This document shows, one piece after another, positions 38,901 through 49,429 of a DNA stretch of 64,000 bases; positions within the stretch are counted from its first letter, which is position 1, and every line of letters starts with the position of its first letter. The stretch spans positions 41,850,001 to 41,914,000 of the forward strand of contig NC_082727.1 of the NCBI RefSeq assembly GCF_030144855.1. The letters run 5' to 3'. Source of the stretch: Hypanus sabinus. Lineage: Eukaryota. Below the pieces are notes generated by a model. It saw nothing but the letters and a program-made list of their open reading frames with translations. It was not told the origin of the DNA and ran no database searches. The translations under genes were made by a program, and so were the position numbers.

Positions 38901-39976
38901 ATGGGATTGAAGGGAATATTGCTTTGTGGATCCAGAACTGGCTTGCCTACAGAAGGCAAAGAATGGTTGTAGAGGGGTCATATTCTGCATGGAAGTCGGT
39001 CACCAGTGGAGTGCCTCAGAGATCTGTTCTGGGACCCTTACTTTTCGTGATTTTTATAAATGAGCTGGATGCGGAAGTGGAGGGTTGGGTTATTAAGTTT
39101 GCTGATGACACAAAGGTTGGAGGTATTGTGGATAGAGTGGAGGGCTGTCAGAAGTTACAGTGGGACATTGATAGAAAGCAAAACTGGGCTGAGAAGTGGC
39201 AGATGGAACTCAACCCAGATAAGTGTGAAGTGGTTCATTTTGGTAGGTCAAATATGATGGCAGAATATAGTATTAATGGTAAGACTCTTGGCAGTGTGGA
39301 GGCTCAGAAGGATCTTGGGGTCCAAGTCCTTAGGACGCTCAAAGCAGCTGACTCTGTGGTTAAGAAGGCGTATGGTGTATTGGCCTTCATCAATCATGGG
39401 ATTGAATTTAGCAGCTGAGAGGTAATTCAGAAGCAATATAGGACCCTGGTCAGACCCCACGTGGAGTACTGTGCTCAGTTCTGGTTGCCTCACTACAGGA
39501 AGGATGTGGAAGCCATAGAAAGGGTGCAGAGGAGATTTACAAGGATTTTGCCTGGATTGGGGAGCATGCCTTATGAGAATAGGTTGAGTGAACTTGGTCT
39601 TTTCTTGGAGCGAAGGAGGATGAGAGATGACCTGATAGAGGTGTATAAGATGATAAGAGGCATTGATCATGTGGATAGTCAGAGACTTTTTCCCAGGGCT
39701 GAAATGGTTGTCACAAAAGGACACATGTTTAAGGTGCTGGGGAATAGGTACAGAGGAGATGTCAGGGGTAAGTTTTTTACTCAGAGAGTGGTGAGTGTGT
39801 GGAATGGTCTGCTGGCAACGGTGGTGCAAGCGGATACGATAGGGTCTTTAAGAGGCTTTTAGCTAGGTACATGGAGCTTAGTAAAATAGAGGGCCTAGTA
39901 ATTTCTAAGGTAAGGATGTGTTTGGTGCAACTTTGTGGGCCGAAGGTCCTGCATTGTGCTGTAGGTTTTCTATGTT
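35908..39976 (+). mobile_element. Near full-length CR1 LINE (about 4.1 kb): 5'UTR, ORF1 (zinc finger/coiled coil plus SGNH-esterase-like), ORF2 APE-RT; multiple stops and frameshifts
   Basis: VVIGDSIVRG, VVCLPGARV and DRLHLNPRG esterase motifs; VYFNARS APE start; YMDFSKAF and KFADDTK RT motifs; ttctatgtt tail. Confidence 0.94.
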
Positions 39977-40344
39977 ATTTGCATTCAGTCCATAGCTTAA
40001 GCATCAGTGTTTGTGTTCCAATTTATGTATGGTCTGTACCGGTTAAGAATGGCAAATGTTTCTCCCAGAAGACGATTAGCTAACAGAGACCACACACAAA
40101 ATGCTGGAGGAACTCAGCAGGACAGACAGCATCTATAAAACTGAATAAACTGTAGGTGTTTCAGACTAAGACCTTTTACCAGGACAGGAAAGGAAGGGTG
40201 AAGAAGCCCCTTAGAAGGGAAAAAGATAGATGATACACCAACTGTTTACTCATTATCATCGTTGGCAGTGTATTCAAGCTATGAAGATCTGTCAACAGCT
40301 GTGCCTCAGGTGCAAGGGTGCAATGGAGTTCATGAATCTTAATT

Positions 40345-40930
40345 ATCGATAGATTGATAGAGGCTGGTGAAGAACTGAAAACTGAACAAGGTCACTGGCT
40401 ATATTTCATTAGGTGTTTGAGGAGTTTTGGTATGACACCAAAGACTCTAGTAAATTTCTACAGATGTACCATGCAGAGCATTCTATCTGGTTGCATCACG
40501 GTCTGGCATGGAGAGGCCAGCGTACAGGGTTGGAAAAGTTCGTAAACTCAGCCAGCTCCATCTTGGACACTATTTTCACCAGCACCAAAGACACCCTCAA
40601 AAGGCGGTGACTCAAAGAGGCAGCATCCGTCAATAAGGACCCCCACCACCCGAGACACTGGACTTGCCCTCTTCACATTACTAGCATCAGGGAGGAGGTA
40701 CAGGAGCCTGAAGATCCACACTCAACAGTTTAAGAACAGCTTCTATCCCTCCACCATCAGATTTCTGAACAGTCCTTGATCCTATAAGCACTACCTCACT
40801 ATTTTGCTTCCTTTTTGCATTACTCTTTTTTATATTTCTTGTTGTAACTTACAGTACATAATGTTTTGTGCTGCTGCAAAACAACAAATTTCATGACAAA
40901 ATGCCAGCGATAATAAACTTAGTTCTGATT
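40345..40930 (+). mobile_element. Rex1/Babar-type LINE 3' fragment
   Basis: LRSFGMTPKTLVNFYRCTMQSILSGCITVWHG and a downstream GRRYRSLK motif. Confidence 0.8.
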
Positions 40931-40999
40931 CTGGTGCAGATAGTAGGATAGAGTGTTCGATATGTATTCACTGTATCTTATCCATATATAATCCATACC

Positions 41000-41210
41000 G
41001 GGTAGCATAGTGATTAACGTCATGCTATGTCATCACCAGGGACCCGGATTCAATTCACCCTGCTATCTGTAAGGAGCTTCTCACCTTAACTGTGTGGGTT
41101 TTCCTCTAGGCGCTCTAGTTTCCTCCTCCATTCCAAAAAGACATATGGGTTAGTAGGTTAATTGGTCACGTGGGTATAATTGGGCAGCACAGGCTTGCTG
41201 TGCTAGAAGA
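41000..41210 (+). mobile_element. HE1/V-type SINE
   Basis: tRNA-like head (B box ggattcaattc) plus V-core. Confidence 0.7.
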
Positions 41211-41879
41211 GCTCCAGGTATTTGCCTCCTAAAAAGTCTCCTGTTGCTGCCTGAGCAGGGTGCTGCTAATCATTTCGTCAAGCCCAACCCTGTGGATAGA
41301 ATGCACCTTACCTCTTTCCACCCTGAGGGTCTCCAGCGCCTCACTGGAACATAATAGAGATCACTCTCTCTCACATTGTGTCATCGCTGTTTGTCCAAGT
41401 TCCATTCGTTGCCAGAATTATTTCCGCCAGACCTTTCTGTAACTCTATGTCTACTTGTTAAGAGATGTGTTACGCCTTTCAGCAGTATGTTAGCTTCAAC
41501 TCGTGCCAGTCTCTCACAAAATTGAGACCCCTGTTGAGGTGCTAATAAGCTTAACAGTGTCATTAGCACCGGCTGGTGCCACAAAGTGCCAATGTGTAGG
41601 CAGTATAACATCGGTATGTTTCTTGTATGAGTCAAACGAGCTTGGATAACCACTTGTGACGGCAGCACATATTTTTCTTGTGTTACCAGAAGTTAACCCT
41701 CTGAGGATAGTTTGTGAAATCAGAAATAAACCTCCCCTCTCCACTCGCAGTCCTGATGCAGGGCTTTGACCCAAAATGTTGTACATTCCTTTTCTCCCAG
41801 CATTTTTTTAAATACTGCTCAACCTGTTCAATTCCTCTAATGGTTTTTATTTTGCTCTAGAATCCAGCATTTGTAGTCA

Positions 41880-42570
41880 CTTGTTCAAAGTTCAAAGAAA
41901 ATTTATCATGAAAGTACATATGAGCCGCCAGATACAACCCTGAAATTCATTTTCTTGTGGGCATTCTCAATAAATCTATAGATTTATAACCATAACAGAA
42001 TCAGTGAAAGACTGCATTCAAGCAAGGATTCAAAGCAAATTTATTATCAAAGTATGTACAGTATGTAGTATACAACCCTGAAATTTGTCTTCCCCACAGA
42101 CAGTCACAAAACAAAGAAGAACCCGTTCAAAGAAAAACATGTCAAACATCAAACACCTCTCCTACTGTGTAAAGCAAATTCCCTGAATGGTAATAAAAAA
42201 AGTGCGAAAACACAGAAAATAAAACATCAAATCAAAAGGCAGAAGACAATAAACAGTGGAAGGCCAAAAAGAAAGAAATAATTATGATAAATAAATAAGC
42301 AATAAATATCAAGACCATGAGATGAGAAGTCTTTGATAATGAGCACATTGGTTGTGGGAACATTTCAATGATGGGGCACATGAAGTTCAGTGAAGACCCT
42401 TTGGTTGAAGAGTCTGATGATTGAATGGTGGTAACTGTTACTGGATTTGGTGGTGTGAGTCCAGAGGTCCTATACCTTCTTTCTGATTGCAGCAACAAGA
42501 AGAAAGCATGTCCTAGATGGCGGGGGTCCCTGATGATGGATGCTGCTTTCCTGCGACAGCATTTCATATT
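41880..42570 (-). mobile_element. Rex1/Babar-type LINE 3' fragment with 3'UTR
   Basis: ORF 42232-42624: CCRRKAASIIRDPRHLGHAFFLLLQSERRYRT. Confidence 0.75.
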
Positions 42571-42599
42571 GATTTGCTCAATGGTGGGATGAGCTCTAC

Positions 42600-43335
42600 C
42601 TGTAACGGACTGAACCGCATCCAAGCAACTCTCACGAAATGCTGGACGAACTCAGCGGGTGAGGGAGCATCTATGGAAAAGAGTCAATTGTCAACTCCTC
42701 AGGCCAAGATTCTTCATCCGGACTAGAGAAAAAAATGAGAAGTCGGAATTAGAAGGTGGAGGGAGGGCAGGAAGAAATGCAAGGTGGCGGGTGAAACTGA
42801 AGAGAGGAGGAGGGGTGAAGTAGAGAGCTAGGAAGTTGATTGGTGAAAGAGATAAGGGCTGGAGAAGGGGAATCTGATAGGAGAGAACAGAAGGTCATGG
42901 AAGAAAGGAAGGGGGAGGAGCACCAGAGGGAGGTGATGGGCAGGTAAGGAAATGAGAGAGGGAAATGGAAATGGGGAATGGTGAAGGAGAGGGGTACAAT
43001 TACTGTAAGTTCAAGAAATCAATGTTCATGCCATCAGATTGGAGGCTTCCCAGACAGAATATAAGGTGTTGATCCTCCAACCTGAGTGTGGCCTCATTGC
43101 CGCAGTAGAGGAGGCCATGGACTGGTATGTTGGAGTGGGGATGGGAAGTAGAATTAACATACTGGCCACTAGGAGATCCTGCTTTATCTGGCAGACGGAG
43201 TGTAGGTGCTCAGTGAAGCGGGCTCACTACCATTCAGGGCCCTAAACAGTCCTTCCAGGTGAGGCGACTCTTCAACTGTGAGTCTGTTGGGGTCACCTAC
43301 TGTATCCAGTGTTCCCTCCTCTATATTGTATCAGT
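42600..43335. mobile_element. Penelope pLTR on minus (about 42600-43215) abutting a plus-strand pLTR start (about 43222-43335)
   Basis: GIY-YIG tail on the reverse strand, then cagggccctaaacagtccttccaggtgag on plus. Confidence 0.75.
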
Positions 43336-43341
43336 GAGACC

Positions 43342-43557
43342 TGTGGTGAACTACATATACCTGTCTGGACACGCCCCCTGCTGACTGCTCCTGTGGCTCC
43401 TCCCACTGACCCCTGTATAAAGGCGATTGAGGCCTGAGCCCGGCCCTCAGTCTTCAGGATGTAGTATGGTGGTCAACCACTGCTTGTTCCTTCTTCCAGT
43501 CAATAAATGCCAATATCTCACCTTTACGTCTCAGAGTGAGTTATTGATGGTGCCTCA
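43342..43557 (+). mobile_element. Solo LTR (TG...CA, 216 bp)
   Basis: TGTGGTG...GCCTCA termini, TATA-like gtataaa, AATAAA, perfect 5-bp TSD AGACC. Confidence 0.88.
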
Positions 43558-44133
43558 AGACCTGACATAGATTGTTTGTGATTGGACTTTATCCATTACT
43601 TTTTGTAAGATTTTCCATTCAGCAGCATTGGTGTGATGCAGGCAGTCACTACGCTCTCCATTACACATCTATAGAAGTTTGCCAGTGTTTCAGATGTCAT
43701 GCCGATTTTCTGCCAACTCCTAAGGAAGTAGAGGTGCTGTGATGCTTTCTTCGTAATTGCACTTACTTGTTTCTCCAAAGGTATGGTTGTTTTTACTGAT
43801 CTAGTGAGGGGGTAAAATTAAAGCTCATAACCTAGACTCTACGAATGGTAAGAGATGTCAAATACCTCATGAGCAGCAATAATAATATTGTAATTCTGCA
43901 GAACTCACCTCATGGACCATTCATAATCATACAAAGAGTTGAAAAAGAACATTAGTTCAAAACTTATATTCTGTTTTATAGCTTGAATTCAACATTTCTT
44001 TTGCTTTCAAAAGGACTTCCTTGATGACTTGGCTCTTGGTATTAGGAGACAAACATATCACATTCTTCAGGATTAATTTCTCTTCAAAAGATTGAGGCAA
44101 AAATGTGAAGTTAAGAAAGTGAAAAATATATAT

Positions 44134-46494
44134 TGTGGCAAGCAATTGGTCCAGAATGACAGATGAGGAATCTTTTTAAACTCAACAACAGTTTTATTGT
44201 GATAAACACAAAAATAGACTGGGCACCATGACCCGGAGAGAGAACAGCTCAGACTCATACAGACGGGGAAGGTGACCATCACATATCCCAGTTACAGTTA
44301 AGGTGACCCACAAATACACAAGTGAATAACTGCATAACCCAAGCTAAAATGTAACAATAAATGAACTTGAACTTCCTATCATAATCCCACAAAAACATTT
44401 TATCAGCATTGGTCATTAGAAATGCATGGCCAGGCTATTGACACGCCCCCTCCCCCCCACACCTAGAGCATCACACTGCCCCAACCTAAGGGGTCAGCTG
44501 TCTTTGACAACCCCAGAGTCCATAAGAGGGTCCAAAAATCCCCCTGGTGGTCAATGTCGCTATCAGGGGCTTTGGGGTTTCTGGAGACCCCCTCCCCCCG
44601 GGGAGGCACAGTTTGGTGAGGCAGGAGGCAGGGCACTTGGACTGTCACTTCCTTCCTTCTGCCTCACTAGGTTGATAGCGGCCAAGGGCTGGCACGGTGC
44701 AGCATGATTACCTCCTGCCGCTCGGTGACCGCACTTGATATACCACATCAGAGATGCAGTTGAGCACCTATCCCAGCCCCTTCCAGTGGCTTCCCAGCTT
44801 GTGGGATAGTCCCTTCTCCCAGGAGGGGCAGTGGGCCTATACTAGGGCCCCCACTATGTACTGCTGCATTGGTGCTGTAAACTGGTGGCCCAGCCCTTTC
44901 TGGGCTGCGCATGCATCATGGCAGTACCATGATGGCATCACGCCCCTCATCCTGCCTCTACACAGATCAGTAGTACTTGTGCAGCTTTCCCATTGTCTTT
45001 GCGACCCTGAAATGACCAGACCCACCAGCCTGTGCACCGACTGCCCCAGGGGTCCACCAGCTGCAAGAGATGTCTGTCACCATTGGGCCACTGTCACCGC
45101 CGGCACAGCAACCCGTCGTGCCCCTCCAGCATTCTCCACTGCGAGTACAGGGCTTTGGTCTCTGGATCCAGGGCAGAGACCTCTGCCCACTCCAGCTGTC
45201 ACCCCGCACTCAGCCATTCCCTCACCCGAGCCAGCACAGAGTTACTCGCCCACCCACTGCGCAGCCGCTGTTGGTCCCCGCTCTGTGGCATGGTGCTGGT
45301 GCGGGGCAGTCCTTGGCCAAATGTCTTGGTGAGACAAGCCCCAGCCTGTGGCATGCAGGATGATGCTGGAGCACCTGGGAAGGACTAACAATAGCTTCTG
45401 CTCCCTCCACCTCAGCCAGCGATGATGGCGACATCAGGCAAACATGCTGCCAAAGGTGCTCTGGTATCAGCACCTTTTGAAAGGCTTGGAGGGCAATCTC
45501 TTCCTGGGCCATGGGAGGGAACTGGGAAGTAGTCATACCGAGCACAGTGGCAGAGACCTGCTGCGAGCGCTCCCAAACTTTCTCCCACTCAGTGCCGTCT
45601 TCTTCCCTTATTGCTTCCGTCGATGGCCTCGGCTCGAAGCACTGCTCCAGTGCCACTAGGAGCCCCCTGCAGTCATTCTGCTTTGCTGGCGTTAGGCCGA
45701 GGAGGTCCTACAGGGCATCCCCCTCCAGTGACAGGACAAGGGGCATCGCCGTCTCGGTGGAGCTTCACCTGCTGTGCCATGCCGCAAGTTTGGCATGGCA
45801 GGTAAGGCTCTGGGTGGTGGGTACTGTTGTATCCGGGGCACTTCAGGGCTGGAACTTGTGGCGCTAATAGTCGATGCCATTCGGTCTTCCTGTTGCTCCA
45901 GCGGCATCTGCCATGGTGCCCATCCTCCCATGGACCTACAGCGTCTTGGTTTCCCCGGTGTGGGTTGTAATGGAGGTGGGTGATGCGCTCTGCTGTGTCC
46001 CCCGGGTTGGGGAGCCTGGGTATGCTCCCCAGGAAGGCACAGTGGTCAGTTCCCATGTCCTCCCTCTGGGTCCTGACTTCATAAGTGTGGCCTGGAGAGG
46101 CATAAAGCTCGGCCCCTTGACTTGTTCCCCGGGTCTTAAGGTGCTCTGTCTGATATCATGGCTCTTATGTCTCGATGTTAATTTTGGATCCCACTCCTTG
46201 ACACCAATGTGGCAAGCCTTTGGTCCTTAATAGCAGACAAAGAAGCTCATAAACTCAACTACGGTCTCATACAGACCGGGGAGATGACCATAACACAGCC
46301 CAGTTACAGTTAGGATGACCCGCAAATACACAAGCGAATAACAAGCTAAATAGTAGCAATAAATGAACTTGAACTTCCCACCATATTCCCACAAAAGCAT
46401 TTTAACACAAGAACAGTAAACAGTACTTGTCATTAGAAATACAAGGGCAGGCTGTCAACCATGCCCTTTCCCCCCACCCCTCCAGAGCATCACA
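44134..46494 (-). mobile_element. Non-autonomous (gag-remnant, pol-less) Gypsy-type LTR retroelement; LTRs 44134-44475 and 46208-46494
   Basis: Paired LTRs (TGTGGCAAGC...GCATCACA), 4-bp TSD ATAT, tRNA-Leu-type PBS TGGTGTCAAGGAGTGGGAT at 46188-46206, gag-like ORF 45222-45656; only 1.7 kb internal. Confidence 0.85.
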
Positions 46495-46734
46495 ATATTT
46501 TTGCATTCTTTTGTTAAGATTGCTAGTTCTGAAACTTCAAAAAAAAGGCGTCTGACTCAGGATTGTAGAACTGTACAATATGAAAAAAATTTTGAATAAT
46601 GACCATGCAATTAAAAAGTACTGTGTTGTTTTTCAAATGCAATGGAGTTTTGCACTCCTCAAAGGGATAATCAATACTTCTCTACTGCTAGTTTAGGGAT
46701 TCAGTGAATCTCTTCTTTAAAGTACTTGTTTAGA

Positions 46735-46868
46735 AAATGATGGGAGGTGACTTTACTGACATCATTGATGGGTGTAAGGGCATAAAAAGTGTAGAGAGAG
46801 GGTGCAGGTGTCAGAGGTTTGTTGTACAGCAGAGAGAGCAACATTTACATCACAGTAATTAGGACAAA
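46735..46868 (+). promoter_or_regulatory. DNTT proximal promoter: LyF-1/Ikaros-like GATGGGAGG (46739-46747), TATA-like CATAAAAA (46781-46788), E-box CAGGTG (46805-46810)
   Basis: Motif matches in unique sequence 60-130 bp upstream of the ATG; TSS not known. Confidence 0.45.
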
Positions 46869-47080
46869 ATGAGCTCAGCTGAAAAACTGGGAGGTATGGG
46901 AATCATGCCTAAGAGAAAAAAGCAGAAAGGTGGTGAACACTGCAGCTTACACAGTAAATATGAAGTGAAATTTCAAGATCTGCTCTTATTTATTGTGGAA
47001 AGGAAAATGGGATCAAGCAGAAGAATGTTCTTGATGGATTTAGCACGTAAGAAAGGATTCAGAGTTGCTGATATCATGAG
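46869..47080 (+). CDS. DNTT: Terminal deoxynucleotidyl transferase, coding exon 1 (NLS PKRKKQK plus start of BRCT domain)
   Basis: VKFQDLLLFIVERKMGSSRRMFLMDLARKKGFRV closely matches human TdT IKFQDLVVFILEKKMGTTRRAFLMELARRKGFRV. 212-nt exon ending in phase 2 at AG|gtacgc, as in mammalian DNTT exon 1. BLNK neighbour favours DNTT over POLM. Confidence 0.93.
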
Positions 47081-48869
47081 GTACGCCATTTCCAGGTTCA
47101 GCTGGTGAACAAATACACCTGCCAATTTCTTCTCCTGCTCATTTTCAGTTATCAGGGAGGAGGCACTCACACAAGAGAAAAATATATCGGTCAGTTGAAT
47201 TTCAAAATCTTGCAACTTTTAATCTTGAAGTATTAATCTAAACAAATGCACATATTGAGGTAGCGCATAATTTCTGATTATTTGCAAGCTATTTGATATA
47301 TTCAAAAAATAGTGATTTTGGGGAATGGTCCTTTGTGCGTGTTATAGGAAGAAAATTATCCCTGGATAATAGCATTTTATGTCATTTTTTTCAAGTTCTG
47401 GAATAGACAGGTATATTGTGGGTGGTGTAGTGGTGCTTGATGTTGTTCTACTACCTAACAGACGCAGTGAGCCAGAGCTGATCCTGGTCTGTGGTGCTGT
47501 TTTTGTGGAGTTAGCATGCTTTCCCTGTGATCACATGGATTTGCATGTGCTTCAGTTCTGAAGAAAGGTCTCGGCCTGAAACATCGACTGCTTATTCATT
47601 TCCATAATGCTGCCTGACCCGCTGAGTTCCCTACGCATTTTGTGTGTGGTTGCTAAGCGTTTGCTAGATTGTTCTGTGTCTCAGCAATATACTAAAAAGA
47701 CCAAATGACCATTTTTATGTTCCAAGGGCATTTAAATAATTTGTTCATCATATTTATGTTGATATCAATTCTTAATGACCAAAGGACACTATTACTGTAA
47801 GTAGAAACTTACCTTGTGTTTTTACAAAAGATATTTAAATCTGATGAAGGGTGTTTAATTTGGCTCTTTTTTCTCTTTTAACAACTGTTGTCTGGCCATC
47901 TGACATTTCTTACATTTTCTGCTTTTAATTTATCATTCATGTCTTGTTCTTACAGTTTATGAAGCCATGAATTAGACTAGTATCTATTTTTCAAAGATGT
48001 GCTGATGACTGGAAATTAAAATTGAACTGGAACTTTTCCTGAAGATTTATTTAGATGGAATTACTATAAAATGAGTGAATTCTTATACAAAAAAATACCA
48101 GATTTATTTGATTAACTAGCTTTTGTATAAAGTAACAAAAAGCATAATCATTGCCAAACCCCACCAGCGTAACCAGTAGATCAGTTAATGTGATGATAAT
48201 TTAGCTGGCATGCTTCCATTGCAGGATAGACACACGTGCAGTTATCCAACATCTCTTTGTGTTTACTTCTGTGCAGTTTAGAGTTGTGCCACAATTCTGT
48301 ACTTTGTGCCAAATATAACCACAAACATGAGCATAACAAAGAAATGATGGGAACAAGCCAGATGTCAAAATCCCCAGTGGTATACCTAGGGTGTATGTGA
48401 CAGGAAGATAGGGGCTTAATTATTGTAAATTATTTTTCCTCCAAATAAAACCACAGGAAGACAAACTATGACTTTTCAAACTGTAATTTTACACATGAAG
48501 TATTATTTCAAACCGAAATAATTATTTTTTTGCTGCAAATTTTACCATCTGTTAATCGAGGTAATCTAAACTTAAAATCAAAATCATTTAAATATTCATG
48601 TATGAGAATGAGAATAAGAAAGGGTGTAAATATTGTAATTTTTCAATTTATTAAAATGACACAATTTATTTGAAGTGTGCCTCAGTTGTAAAAGTATTAT
48701 TGATGGAGCAGACTGTGTCTGCTTTGGTGAGAACTAAGTTTAACAGTCTATCTAAATAACAGGATTCTCAGAATTAGGGTGATAAATTTGCCCAGTTTGG
48801 TCAAATTGCAAAAAAAGAGAGTAAGAATCTTGTATAGCAAAGTTTTGTACATTTTTGATATTGATGGAT

Positions 48870-49070
48870 TTTGGGAGCTGGAGGAAGACCAGGCCCAGTA
48901 CCAGCAGAGGCAGCAACAGCTTGGCATGCACCAGCAGCTGTGAGAGGGATGTCAGGCTCAGTACAAGCAGCCAATGGAGGAATACCAAACCCAGTACCAG
49001 CAGCCACTGGAGGAAGACCAGGCCCAGTACCAGCAGTCACTGGAGAAATACCAGGCCCAGTAACCAGCTG
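48870..49070 (+). repeat. 33-bp minisatellite (about 6 units, consensus CTGGAGGAAGACCAGGCCCAGTACCAGCAGCCA)
   Basis: Direct inspection; units stay in register. Confidence 0.85.
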
Positions 49071-49094
49071 CCCCTGGGCATTTGAACAACAGAG

Positions 49095-49300
49095 ATCAGG
49101 AGTGAAAGAAGAGGTGACTCACAGATGTTGGGTCTGTGTGCATTAAAAAAGCAGTGCTTCACAGGAGTCTCAATATTTGAATCACTGCCAATCAGAAACT
49201 GGGAGTAAGAGAAGAGGTGACTCGTACAGGTTGGCGAGTGTGCATTGAAGAAGCAGTGCTTTGCGGAGTTTTGGTGTTTGAACAATGGTCAATCAGAGAT
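49095..49300 (+). repeat. Two-unit ~105-bp tandem duplication
   Basis: agaagaggtgactc...gtgtgcatt.aa.aagcagtgctt...ccaatcaga occurs twice. Confidence 0.7.
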
Positions 49301-49429
49301 GGGGACTCATTTGCAAGAGCAAATCCTGATTAGGAGGGTGAATGGGGTTAAACTGTCAGGGCTGAGTATCCCATGGCCATTTCCCTAAAAAACTGGTATG
49401 GTGTTACGTTTTGCAAATTCAGTGAGGAG

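Noticed and set aside
41313-41437. Minus-strand exon-like unit with a strong GTAAGG donor
   Set aside because: All frames are closed and there is no supporting context; it could only be non-coding.
44426-46230. Dense cluster of long overlapping ORFs as a host gene
   Set aside because: Explained by the GC-rich internal region of the LTR element; only the gag-like frame has meaning.
48870-49070. CRISPR-like array
   Set aside because: Contiguous tandem units without unique spacers, in a eukaryotic context; it is a minisatellite.
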